From the NCBI RefSeq assembly GCF_023055435.1, contig NW_025964001.1, positions 12,710,001 to 12,774,000 on the forward strand: DNA of 64,000 nucleotides, read 5' to 3'. How positions within the stretch are numbered: position 1 is the first letter of the stretch; every line of letters begins with the position of its first letter. The translations under genes and the position numbers were made by a program. Positions 40,591-53,780 of the stretch are shown here, one piece after another. Source of the stretch: Haliotis rufescens (Eukaryota). The notes under the pieces were generated by a model, which searched no databases, was not told the DNA's origin, and was given only the letters and a program-made list of their open reading frames with translations.

Positions 40591-41242
40591 AGGGCAAGTT
40601 CACACGGAAATGAACCTATTTTTCTTGTACTTTTTCCACATTAAAAGTGTTAACATAGAAGTGTCATAGACAAAAATATAAAAATATCACAATTAATTAA
40701 CATATTTTTCGCATTAAAACGATTTATATTTTTCACATTTACCAAGTGTTCTTTTTCCACAACAAAAACACCATGGCTTATGCCCCTTGCAATATGACGT
40801 CATTGGTGCCAATTGATAAACATTATGACGTCATCATGCTTTGTTAGAGCCGCTTCACGTGGTGTAGGTCCAGGTGTGTGATTCTAGCGTCTCAGATGCC
40901 AGCCAGCATAGTGTTATGCTGAGTCACCACTGCGCCGGAGTGTGTCGTAGGCCATGTTGTTTTACCGAAAACTGGTACTTGATATCTTTTGCGTTGAGAA
41001 TAGACAGGGACCCATTTGAATTGGCACCAATTACGTCATAATCTAAGGGGGATAACTCAGGCCTGTTTAGCTCGAAAAACGAAGGCCTCATAACGGCATA
41101 TCATTTTCACACTATTGTGAGCTTCCTACGTTCACTGTGAAAAAAATGAGTGTATATTTTCAAACACAGATACTAATTAATTCTAAAATTGCGTTTTGTT
41201 TAGAAAAAGAAAGAAAGTGATTTTTGCGTGTACACTTCCCCT
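40591..41242. mobile_element. Non-autonomous Kolobok-like element (TTAA TSD)
   Basis: TTAA|AGGGCAAGTTCACACG ... CGTGTACACTTCCCCT|TTAA; internal inverted TGACGT.ATTGGTGCCAATT. Confidence 0.8.
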
Positions 41243-41348
41243 TTAACAGACTTTGCGCTATTAACCGCAAGTTATCATGTTATCATTTATTATCATAGAA
41301 AGTTTTCTGGTTTTTTTAGCTGTTTGTGGACCTGTTTCTGAAACAAGT

Positions 41349-41515
41349 GGGGCGGTCGGGTAGCCAAGTGGTTAAAGCGTTCGCTCATCACGCCGAAAGC
41401 CCGGGTTCAATTCCCGACATGGGTACAATGTGTGAAGCCCATTTCTGGTGTCCCCAAACGTGATATGGCTTGAATATTGCTAAAAGCGGCGTAAAAACCA
41501 TCCTCACTCACTCAC
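41349..41515 (+). mobile_element. Short tRNA-derived SINE with 12-bp TSD
   Basis: GTAGCCAAGTGGTTAAAGCG A box, GGTTCAATTCCC B box, (CTCA)n tail, TSD TCTGAAACAAGT. Confidence 0.9.
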
Positions 41516-42059
41516 TCTGAAACAAGTTATAACAATATTTAACATTTGAAACCTCACGCTGCGCGTTCGGTGCCAAATTCAATTTAGCACGACTACATTT
41601 ACAAGTTCTTGTTCTACATTGAAAACACAGAATGTTTATCTCCTAATTAAACAATAAAGATCACAGATAAAATCTTATTCTCAATATTTATTTAGTCAGA
41701 ATTAAAGCTCTATAAATAGTCTACATTTGGAGTCGATGCGATTACAGTTGTACACCTGAGGGATATATGGGTCAATTTATTATGGAAACATTCTTATTTC
41801 GGCCACCCCGATGAAATATTTAGTTCACTCGGATCTTTATCTCCGCGACACCATATATCTGTTATATCAAGTAGTGATACATCACTGGGCGTCCCTGGGC
41901 CACATGAGAGAGTGTCAGTCAAGCAGAAACGAGAGGGGTGTACATTAAATTATTCCTGTGTTGTTAAGGAGAGAGATAGTGACAGTCATTGCTCTGGGCC
42001 ACACATTCGATTTCACAGCTAGTGTTTGTGTTACAGTTCGACTTCATTGGGACAAGCAT

Positions 42060-43970
42060 ATGGTAGGGAACAAGGTAAATATACCATGCCGTAGTAAACA
42101 TATATAAATAATTTTAAATAAACCGTTTATTTGTGTGTTACACGTTATTGTTAGATGATGCAAGTAATATATTTTCTGTTATAGTTTCTGTTGAATCATG
42201 TTTAAACACAAATGTATGAAGAACTAACACACAAATAGGTTTGTTTCATTCAGGCGTTCTGGTACACGAAACGTTTGGCTTGTAATACAGTGCCATCAAC
42301 ATGCAGTGTTCACCAGCTATCTTGAGAGGAGCCATGGCGGAATATTTGGTGTCTCTCCTCCTGATTCTGATGCCTCTGTTGGGTGTGGATGCTCAGTCTT
42401 AACACTTCATGGGAGGATCAATGAGTTTTACGTTTATCGACACATCTAACCCAACTGAGTACACGGTATGGAAAAGAAAATATCGACGTCGTGAAATTAT
42501 TTCCAGCTAAGTAACGGTCATCTCTGATAGTTGTCTCCCCTTGGAAAACGTGTGCGTGGTCTTTCTCTGAGCAGGCCAGTTTGACAGTAGAGAGTTATCA
42601 ACCTTAAAGTTATTCTCCGATGAATATAGTACTTAATTCCCATAGCGGCACCATTAATACGACCGGAGCCTGCTCTGTGGTGGTTGCAAGACGTCTAACG
42701 GTGCCTCAAATTGCACTGTTGTCGGTATTTAACACTTTCAATGCACGTAGTTGATCTCGCTGCAAAAAAACACTTCTGCATGGTGTTGTTAGGGTAGCAT
42801 TATCCGGGCGCTTCTTACACGTTTGTCCAATGAACGTTTCTTTCACTTTGGGGTTTTCAGGTACATATTTTTCAGTTTGTTGTTATTTCTTCTTGTGAGG
42901 AGTATAACTATAACTGTACGGATAAAATCCACATACTCATAAATGCATTTAACTATACCTGCTGTTAAATTGTAAAGTTCAAAATGCTCCTCAGGAAATA
43001 ACAATGAATATCAGTTATTTTATTCCCATAACATAAAACGATGCAACAGAAACTATATAACTATATAAGTCATCTGGAATGAGTGTGTGTGAACTCCTGT
43101 CTTGAACAGTATCAAGTCATAAGGAAGACCATTCGACGTTTCACACAAAAAGTATAGCTACAAAAGCTTTGTCGTTTTACGTCAGGTGGCTGAAATGTTT
43201 ATGCATAAGTTTACGTCTATTGCTTCAGCTGTTTTAACACTGATTTCAGTACAATGTGACCGCATTATGTGACCTCATTTCACCATCATGGTGTATTTCA
43301 ACGTCACTGAGCGTTGCTGGATTTTTTACTTCCCACGCAAAATTCCATTCCTTTTCTTACAATGTAGAACGCTGCCATATAAAGAATGTGGACTAATACA
43401 AGTTGCATACCATTATTATACTTATATTTATCTATAGAAATACAGAAAATTGATTTACCATGGAAAGTGCAGATGTATACCTACAATGTTTAATTCATTT
43501 GAACAGTAGTTATGTAGGAGTAAATAAAACAAAACAATCACGGCCTTACAATTCTTCTTTTACAAAGTGACTAAAACGCAGTCGGATATGCTATAAATTT
43601 CTTTGTTTCAAGTTAAGAATTGCATGCGGTACATGCATTATTTTTTCAGGCCCTGTTAACTATCGTTACCGGATTGGTGTTGGGTGAAGGTCCTTGTGGA
43701 GAAAGATGTTCCATTTCAGACGTCGGAAGGAGCACAGTAACATCTCGAAATCATATGTTGGACATGAATGGGGATGTATATTTTGGAAACTGGACTTTTA
43801 AGGGCTACTACACACCAAGGAATACCACTTACAGTGTGATCACTGACGAAGTATCCAAGCGACTCCTTGGCGAAGTTGCAGCCGTAAATGTGCCTCTCAA
43901 GTGGGAACAGGAAATAGCGGAGGTCGTTCTTGACGTTGCTCCATATCCAACTTCTATGAGAGTTGAGTAG
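42060..43970 (+). pseudogene. KHFxGG secreted-protein paralog with premature stop
   Basis: Exon 1 ends 42074; exon 42254-42465 (ATG 42334 MAEYLVSLLLILMPLLGVDAQS*HFMGGS, TAA at 42400 where the paralog has AAA); exon 43650-43966/43970 (TGLVLGEGPCGERC..YFGNWT). Confidence 0.82.
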
Positions 43971-45368
43971 GTATATCTAATGTGATGTTTATTTTGATTT
44001 CAAACTTTTGCATATTAGTTGTTTCAAAAGCTGGTGTGTCCCTGTGTTCATTTTGTTGTTCGACCAACCTGGCACAGAACCATGACATAAAATATTGAAT
44101 TAAAAACGTCCACGCCAGAGAAAAATCCATCTTGAATAGCTGCCGAAACAGATTCCATATGGCGAAATAGTGATGAAACTTGTATCAATGGATCACTGAA
44201 AATCATTGATGACACCCGGTGTTCGCGAAAAGGATAAGCAATTTTCATTTTCATTGAAATAGTAAGTGTCCGACAGTAAGGAGGCGTGAAAACTCCGTGT
44301 GAAGATTATAGCATGTGATAGCATCATGTTGACATGCGACGTGTCATATTAAATAAATTCGTATGAATGTCTACCTTAAAACTTCTGATGGTCCAACCTT
44401 GATTGAAGAGCGTAGTTGTAAGCAAAATATAAAATTTCTTATTTATTTCAATTTGTAATCTAACCTCGCGATCCAGTTGCAGATTATTAAAACGTTATAT
44501 ACACCAAACACTGCTTACCCAAAAAGATATTATCACTGATCTGACGATTACTGTGTTACACAAAAACTAAACGAAGGGACAACACTCTTATTTAGGATCC
44601 ATTCGTCCTCGAATGACTAACTGAAATGCTTTCAAGGCGGCGCTTTCACTCTGGATTCTGACACTAATATGATTGGTAATATTCTGGATGACCATGGCAA
44701 ATATGCGTACCTTGCTTACGGAATGACACGCCTGAACTTGTCCTACTCTCCATTGTTCTCGGTGTATTAGATTTGGTGCCTCCCAATCCGTTGACTGACA
44801 TTGGTAGTGTACCCGGATTTGCTGCCAGGACAGCCCTTCTGTCAATCTGGGCAATGCAGAAGGCTGCAGTGTTTGGAAGACTTCCCATTCTCTGAATGGT
44901 TCTTTGTGAGTTTGACCAGGCAGCACTTCCCGAGAGAAGTCTAATTTGCTGACTGGACTGCGTGTAGAGGAGGCAAGGAGCCTGGGCTGATGATGGGCCC
45001 AACCAGTCTGACTGTTTGTTGCATTCATTTATTTTAATTTGTCAAATATGATAATTACAATAATGTCCATTTTGATAGCACTTCTACACAATGCCTAGTT
45101 CAACCCCAGTAAATGGAACAGTGTACATCATGATTGCAGTCCCTGGTCCTGATGAAATATACGCATTCGTGGTCAGTAAACAGAAAACTATATGCATTAT
45201 TCTTCACGGGTCTTCATGTCATATGCTTCTTGATTTAAATTGATTTCGAGGAAAATATATAGTCGCCAAGCTCTAAATTAACAATATTTCGTTCCTAATG
45301 GGACTACGATGGACGTGATGTTATCAATATTCAGGCGGCGCATCAACCACCTAAATCCGTCGAGGTGG

Positions 45369-45371
<3 letters not shown>

Positions 45372-45429
<58 letters not shown>
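45372..45429. repeat. (TA)n microsatellite in the copy-3 promoter
   Basis: About 29 units versus about 7-8 in copies 1 and 2. Confidence 0.95.
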
Positions 45430-45434
<5 letters not shown>

Positions 45435-45626
45435 CACACAATCATGTGACCACCCTACATCATAATATTGTTATCCAAAGCACGTGTAAACCTGAATAAC
45501 TCAAAGTAGTTCATCATGTGACCATTTTATTTGCATTTTCATTATCTGGAAACCAATGAAACCTCAGTGACTATTTAAAGGGATAGCTGAGTCGGATTTG
45601 GAATTATTCCCCAGGAAGCGTCCGAG

Positions 45627-47716
45627 ATGACACACGCAGGTTGTTGTGGTACGACTTCGATCTTCGTCAAGGTGTCAGCATTCTTGTTTCTCTTTGCATT
45701 TGGCCTTCTTCTTCTGGGGTTCGGGACGCCACTATGGAGTGCAAGAGGAGGTCAGAACGAAGGACTCTGGGAGAGGTGCACCGGGAGCGTATGTGTCTCA
45801 ACTCCATCTGATCCACTAGGAGGTATGTCTAAAATGTGGAGTGTTCTAAATGTACGATTTAGATAACCCAAAAGATGAAGTGAAACGAAATATATCTGTC
45901 TTCACGTGGATGGATTCTATTAAATAAACAGCTCCTTAACACAATAACCAGTAATATGTAATAATGACAACGCCTTTATTTAGATGTAGAAAGCAATTAA
46001 CGTCTTATTATAACCTTTAAACAAACCATCGGGATGCATATTTCAGTCTTATGTGAACAACACGCAAATGAAACTGTTTTTACAGTATACTCTATGTCAG
46101 TGCAGATAGAGAGCATCGATGTTAAATTCTTATCCAGTGAAACGGGGGCACGGGTGGTCCAGTCGTCTAAGGAGCCGGGATTCGCTGTGCAGAGTCGCGT
46201 CCCCTATGATTGTGTGTTCGAATCCCGGTTCGCCCCGATTATGTTTCTAGGTTTGTCAGCACCATACCCGTGCTCCTGGGTTTCACCAAAGTGGTAAACG
46301 TCTCAGATCTGCATCACTGCGGGCTTTCCTCCAACATAAAGCTGACACGCCGTGGTGTAACTAGAATACTGTTAAAAGCGGCGTTAAATCAAACTCACTC
46401 ACTATACAGTGAAACGGCGGTTGCTCGAACTTCATGAATTTTTGGTTGCAACTTTAAGGCACAAATGTACTAGCATATTCTGATCGTCACAATAGTAGAA
46501 TGTTGGTACTTCGTTGGTCTCGAATTACAGAAAACTCGATTATTTTCAGGATCGGAGAGATTGTGAGTAAACGAGGTTTTATATTATCTAATAAATATAA
46601 GGTACACGCCATGTTACAGTACATAATACACTTATCATGCAGATCAACAGCTGTTTTATATATTAGAGAAGGTACACGCCATGTTAACTAATGTATCATT
46701 ATGCACTGTATCTTACAGGACAAATCTTGCAGATCTATGGTTTACATAGATCTATTGGGGAAGGAACACACCATGTTACAGTACTTTATTCACTGCATCT
46801 TGCAGATTAAGACTGGTTTACCTATGTCTATTTGGGGAAGGGCCACACCATATCATTGTATCATTGTTTCCTCTATCTTGCAGATGAAGGCTGGTTTATT
46901 GCCGTGCAAGTGGTTGTGACGATTGGCTTGATCCTTGGTTTTGTCGGCGTCATTCTTTCTTTCATCCTCCTGTGTGATGTCGCATGTGTAAACAAAATTG
47001 TAATCCGGATTGCAGCGATCATACACGCCTTTATACCAGGTAGGAGTAGTTACAGTTCCTGTTTCCAAATGTAAGAATTCAACTGGACCATTCACATCTT
47101 TGTACCGGTTTAGAGAGGTTATTGTTTCCAAATGTAAGAATTCTACTCGACCATTCACAACTTATTGTCTTGATTCCGGGTAAGCAAAGGTATGCTTGTC
47201 GTAAGAGGCGACGACATAGATGCGTACGTTGTCAATCACTGGATTGTCTGACCAGACTCGATGATTTACAGACCGCCGTCATATAGCTGGGATATTGCTG
47301 AGTGTCGTTGAACAAAAATCAGTCGATCAATAATACCATTCCTAAATAAGAATATTCAAAACAGAAATAAGTAGAAAGTGTCCCCCCTCGATCAATGGTT
47401 ACCCGTATGATACCAAACTCAAACATACAAATACAAATATAAATGTAACTAAGGCCTTCTAATCATAGCATGTGCTGATTCATATATAAATCTTTTTAAA
47501 GCTGCCTTGCTCTTGTGCGGTTTGTTTGTCTACTGGATCAGAGGCGAGATATATTTCGCCGTCTTCTATCTGGGTTTTTCCTGGGGGATCACTCTTATTG
47601 CCGCCATCGTCTTCATCGTTGCTGGCATACTCCTCTCCATCGACATTGACCGCTTCTGCAACAAACCTGTAGAATGTGATGAAGCTACAGCAACATGCTG
47701 CACACGCCTTGACTAA
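45627..47716 (+). CDS. PMP22/EMP/claudin-superfamily tetraspan protein, copy 3 (188 aa)
   Basis: join(45627..45822,46884..47039,47502..47716); open frame, canonical splice sites. Confidence 0.92.
46144..46402 (+). mobile_element. tRNA-derived SINE in intron 1 (shared insertion)
   Basis: As 16168 and 36838. Confidence 0.88.
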
Positions 47717-50700
47717 ATAGTGTCAAGGTCGCGATGTGGTCAATAAGTCAAAGGAATGAAGGCATGTCATAATGTATTATGTATAATGTATACTATCTGT
47801 CAATAAAGCAATTTTTGTATATGCCTTGGTGTTTTATCATTACGATATACGAAATAGCCATGAGATTAGGTAGGCTGCGATCCAATCATAGTGAACACCA
47901 TTCAAATAGTCAGTCACAGATAGCCGTTTTTGTCTACGCCTCCAGCAACTTATAGCCATTGAAAGACGGGAGTAATATATGTAACCACTGTCGCACTGTG
48001 AGTCGTACTGTTGGAATACTGTGTGCATCACGATGAAGGTCTATGATCGATTCCCCACATGGGTACAGTGTCTGCACCAAGATGTCCCCGGCTGTAATGT
48101 TGCTGGAACATTGCTAAATGTGCTGTACTATCGTACGGTTGGAATAACGATAACACCGGGGATGTATTTTCTCTACTTTATTCCACGTACCAAGCTGAAC
48201 TCCGCGGAACTGGCGAACCTCGCCCGGAGCTGGCTAGATATCCCTGGCCGCTGACCTTGTCGGGTCATCCTGGTCATTCCTAGATTCCAGCTTGCTCCAT
48301 AGCAATTACATACATTAATACATAAAGTCTATTCTACCCATGCACATGCACTGTTCTTGATTCTACGTTCCCTACTTTGTTACACAATACAATATTTATT
48401 TTCATTTACGGTTTCTCAACACCATTTATATAAAGCACAGTTATATCGATGAACAACAATTAATTCATATTTCTAACATATTTTTCACTACAATAGTACT
48501 ATAAAACCATACTCACTCGTTGACACGGGGACAAGGATTACTATGTAGCCACAACTCCGTATAGATCCGCTGATCGTGTTATGGTCCTTGTTTTGCTCGA
48601 TGGTTTCACAAAAACGGCATATGTTTATGGCAGGTGACACTTTGTATATTACATCCATTTGGCTGCCACATATGTAATGCAGTTAAAAACGCGCCCAAAC
48701 CTGAGACACTAACGCTCTATTTCACTCATTCACTCCGATAAATGCACATCTAAATAACTTCATATATACACATTTACTTCATAATAAAGATAGATATGTT
48801 GCGTTCCTGTTTGGACAGGGAAAGAAGTATTATTACCTTGACCAAAGGACGTGGCATATTTGTTCAGTGGTCTAGGATATTGCATAACTGAAGTAACAGT
48901 AAACAGAGAACTAACCATAATTTGTGGTGATAAAAACAGAGAGGGTTAAAACTGTAACGTCGCCTTGACATTCCCGCCCAATAGAAATGCTTTCCTCTAA
49001 TCTTAGGGCGTTGGTGAAATATGTCTCAAGATTACAGTTGAATGTTTCTCGACCTTATTTAAAGTACAAGTTTAGATAAATGTTCCACCGAGCTCACACC
49101 TCGCTTTCAAAATGTCCAAACATTCATATTGTTCATCATCCATCTGTTCAGTGTGTATGAAATCTAACTGGTCAAATGAAACACATGTGAAAAATATAAA
49201 ACCGTGTCTTCATGGACATGATTAAAAAGGAATAACCTTTATTCTACAAATCCCCAAGATAAACTTAAAACAAAAACTATCATTAGTTTAACTCATATCC
49301 TTAAGATATTCTTATCTTTGCATATTTTACCTTTTGATGTCTGTACTGTGTCACCCACATCAACTACATTATCTTTCATCACCTATGCATAGGAATCTTT
49401 TTGACATGCCAAATGTTATTAATTCATCTGTGTCCCTCGCAAGCTCCAACGCTCATACAGATTGGTCAATTGGTCATAATTCTTTGAAGGTAAAAAACCC
49501 AGTGAATTTGAACAAAGTGAAAATCGATTCAAAATTGAATAAATGATACTGTTGAATGTAAGTAATATTTCCCTTTTTGTAGAGTCTCTATCTGAAAAGT
49601 GAAAAGCCATCAGTGTCAACACCAGTTGTATCCACGGTAAAAGTGTCTCCTTATCGCAGAGTGAATACCCTGGTGGTGGAAGAACGTCATGACCAACCCG
49701 ACTGAAGATTGTAATGTTCATTAAAACTATCGCATCTCTAAAATTATGTCTGTTTGTCGTTTCTGCTTCATGAGTACATATCTTCTGTATATCAGACACG
49801 GCATGACCTAGATTTCCACAGTTCAACACTGAACTGCTCACGGAACTTGAGGTTACTTACGCCAGCGCATTCAAGTACAGACAATACGACATGTGACTGC
49901 GCAACGTGAACTTTTTTGTATCTGCTCCTGCAAAACGCCGCACCCCACAATGTGACGGCGGCCTGTACATATTTGAGTCTGGACAATCCAGTGATTAATA
50001 TTGTGTGGGTACGATGTCACACCAAGAACTAAGTCAGCGAACCTGCCAACCCATCTATTAATACGACCGGCATAGGTTGCTGTTGAGCAATTTAAACCCG
50101 GCATCCCCACGGGGTTCGATACAAGGAAATTCGTCTCAATAATGTTGCAATATTTCGTAATATAATATGCGACATGTTACTAATTGCCAAAGGAAAACCT
50201 TTAATAGTTGTTTGCTTCTTAAGTAGATGTTATATTTCAAGAGGAGGAAACTATCCAAGACATTCAACAGTGCCACGGGGAAACGTCCCAGCACCACCGA
50301 CATGACCCATTTGGAACCGTTTACGTACACCACATTGTGGGGAAATCATGCACAGGAGAAACTTCGAGAACATTCGACATACGCACCAAAGAACACATTC
50401 AAGTGTTCAGAATCCAAACAAGATACCAATTTGCGGTATCAGACCAAACCCAAAAATATCCCAATCACGAGATTGACTGCATAGTGACGACCGTTCTCTG
50501 ATCTAAATGTAGCATTAAAACAATATGGTCTTACCTTACGAATGCGTTTATGCATTTACGAATGCGATCACTGCTACGGAAAGCCTTAATTTTGAAATGA
50601 GTAAGAAAGTAGTATTACCATCCCAATCAATTACCGAATACCACCAATTCAGAGCTAATTAACTTTGAGCTAATAAGAACTGCTGTGAAACGTTGGGTGC

Positions 50701-50898
50701 ATTATTTATGTCAACTCCTAGATTTGTGCTTTGTCAGAGGGATCCCATACTCATCAGTTTCAAAATGCAGAAATCTTCTACGAAAGGGGATCGTTTTAGA
50801 TTGTCCTCACACATTAAGCTAGCGCGACTTTATATAACTGAAATACTGTTCACAGCGGCATCCAACTAAATGCATTCACTCACCCGGTTTACCTATCA

Positions 50899-51242
50899 GA
50901 AGACCGCCTCCGTGGTTTAGTGGTAGAGCGTCCGCCCGGAGAGCGGAAGGTCCGGGGTTCGATCCCCGGCCGCGTCATACCAAAATACGTTAAAAGATGG
51001 TACTTGTTCCTTACCATGTCAGGCGCTCGGCATTAAGGGTCTAAAACAAGGACTGGTCGGCTCGGAGTCAGTATACTGTGTCTGAGTGGAGTATTCATGT
51101 TAAACCTCGGCATGGTATCTCAGTGGGCTAGCACTATATATCGGCAGTCCTGACTAGTACAAGCAGCCACACACACACATGCATGCACGTCGCTATATAA
51201 GTGCAGTAATCTTGGACGCGACGTTTAACCCCATTTCACCTC
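50899..51242 (+). mobile_element. Full-length tRNA-derived SINE with Nin/Deu-like core
   Basis: GTGGTTTAGTGGTAGAGCG A box, GGTTCGATCCCC B box, core GGACTGGTCGGCTCGGAGTCAG..TCAGTGGGCTAGCACTA, flanking ACCTATCA. Confidence 0.85.
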
Positions 51243-51924
51243 ACCTATCACAACCGGTTAGTGCATCCACTTGTATGCGTATGAATACAGGATACACATG
51301 ATCTAAAGGTCTCAATGACTTCATATGTTTCATTTATACATTTATATTCACATATGCACCTCAAACATGATGAGATCACCTCAGTACTTAACTTCACTTT
51401 GGTGCATGACGACGGATTTGTTATTGTGCGAAGAAACTGAAAGAAGCTTGCGTAAACAACCTGTGTTCCGTGCTTGCACGATACAGCCCAGTGAATTCCT
51501 TTCCCGTTAGCGTATGCTCAGACATGCTGTCTTTTCCCTCAACGATATATTCTTGATCATCACACCCAGTGTTCTCACCCATTCCGAGTCGATACACAGA
51601 CTTTGAGAGTACTGGGGAAACTACTTTCCTTGTCACTGAATATAATTAATCGTTTCATATCCCTTTTTCACTTTCGCCGAGCATATTTGATATACTTGGT
51701 ATTTTACTTTGACAAAAACCTAAACCAAAATATTTTGTGTGTGAAAGTAAGCATGATTTTTGAAAATTATAATCACTTATACATCGATTTTATATTTCTA
51801 GATAAATACAGTATTTTATCACTCAATACATAACTAAAAGCTTTTTCTCAACCTCAGTTGCAATTCAGTGCACAATTTTGTAAATGATTATGCAGTAAAT
51901 ATATCTTCTATCACACGACTACTC

Positions 51925-52200
51925 CTCTGCACGGTTGACCCAGTCGTCTAAGGCGCACCAATTCTCTGCGCAAAGTTGCGTCCCTTCGGCACGTCAGACA
52001 CCTATGATCGTGGGTTCCAATCCTGGTTCGAATTATGTTACTAGGTTTGTCAGCACCATACCCGTGGTAGAGAGTTTTACCAAAATGGTAAACCACAGAG
52101 ACCTGAATCACTTTGGGCTCTCTCCTCACATTAAGCTGACACGCCGGGGTAAAACTAGAATACTGTTGAAAGCGGCATGAAACCCAACTCATTCACTCAC
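51925..52200 (+). mobile_element. tRNA-derived SINE (Meta-like) with TSD
   Basis: Same family as 32918; TCACACGACT at 51911 and 52201. Confidence 0.88.
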
Positions 52201-52353
52201 TCACACGACTTAACAAGACCCTCAAAAGAAGCCAAATAACGACATCCTTTGTTTTAAAAACGATCACGGGAAGTTTTTTTTCTTATGAAAAATGGTATCA
52301 ATTAATTCATAAACGTACGAATAGATTGAGGATCACACTTGTGCGAATGTCAG

Positions 52354-53780
52354 AAAACTGTGTTACTATGCATATGTCAGCTTTGAGGTAGGTACTATGC
52401 GGATCTAGCGAAACCATATGACTCTGACCAGTTCGACCAAGACTTTTAACATGGTATTGACAATGAAATTGCGAAATTAGCCTTTATTAATGAAACAATG
52501 AAACTAATACATGTGTTTGTGCTGAAATATCCGTGGTCACTCGATATGTACAGAAACTAAAGCAGATCAAATCACCTGGCCCTAATAATATTTAAAATGA
52601 ACATGTGATGTTTGGTGATGAGCTTCTCGTGCGGAAGTTAGCACTATTATTTAATGCTATTTTCAGACTTCGGTACACACCTGCAGCCTGTAGACACGGG
52701 GTAACTAGATCTATATATAAGGGTAAAAAAGATAAATCACAGATTAGAAACGAGCATGCCGAAATGCCTTTAATTTTCCGGATATGTTGCGGTTGGCTTT
52801 GGGAAAGAGCACGGTGCGGTCATGTCGCTATTTACCCCCATTGAATGTGTACAAAGTTATGTTAACAGGTATCATGTACACACAGCATTTCTAGATAACG
52901 AGAAAAGGTTTTGATCGAATATGGCACTCGGGTCTCTTCGTAAAACTCTATCATATTGGTATTAGAGGTAAAATGTGGTCTCTGTTAGATCACTGTTATA
53001 CCTCCATGTTTGCGTGTGTTCAGTATAAGGGCGAGCGATCTGAATTATTTGCTGTTGGACAATGTATAGGTCAGGGTAGAGTTATCTCAGCTTGGCTTTT
53101 TCTTGTGATATAAATGACCTCATAACTGTGTTTCTGGCGATTAACTTATAATGCATAGTATAATTGTTGTGATTCATAAAAAGTAGCAATTATTGTGTTC
53201 ACATGCTTATCAATTTGGAGATTATGACATACCTTTGTTTGCTAATGTGAAATATGCGGGTGTTGTTCCACAAGGTAATCTTTCTTTCAAATTATATATT
53301 GAAGAGAGCGGTACAAAAGCAATTCGCACTCTTAATTCTCTTTACTACAGCATTTTCATTTTCAGCATGTCATCTTAAACTGTGAATGTATACTTTCAGA
53401 GAGAGAAGTATTCTTTTCCGCTCTTATTGATAATCTTGATGTTGAAATGTATGTTAGAATAGAGATGATCGAAGACCGTGATATGTTAGCATTCTTTCTT
53501 GGTGCAGATAACAATGACATTTATGAAATAACGTGGCATTTCTTTTGTATAGAATTCTCAAAGTATTTATATCAATTTAAAAACATTAAAATATCCGAAA
53601 CAACGTATGGTAATATAACCAAAAGTTCTCACTGTTTATAGCTTATATAAATATGCGAGACATTGATATAAAATATATGCTTGATTTTTTTGTTATTTAA
53701 TTATTTAATTACATAATTTCGATGTTTTGAGAATCTTCGGATGTATCTGGAGGAAATAAAGACATTCATTCATTCTTTCA
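52354..53780 (+). mobile_element. Decayed, 5'-truncated RTEX/Proto2-like LINE
   Basis: LALLFNAIF..YTP, FDRIWHSGLFVKLY, GQGRVISAWLFL; tail GGAGGAAATAAAGA(CATT)n. Confidence 0.8.

Larger units (their letters stand above)
44655..48905 (+). repeat. Tandem segmental duplicate of ~35398-40160 (R4 remnant + claudin-like gene + flank)
   Basis: High identity throughout, apart from copy-specific indels. Confidence 0.92.

Noticed and set aside
48910-50520. Possible decayed gene or DNA transposon after the copy-3 duplication boundary
   Set aside because: Only weak terminal similarity and no recognisable protein motifs; cannot be supported.
50903-50975. tRNA genes (also 41349, 32918, 16168)
   Set aside because: tRNA-like heads continue into SINE bodies with tails and TSDs; no clean cloverleaf plus terminator.
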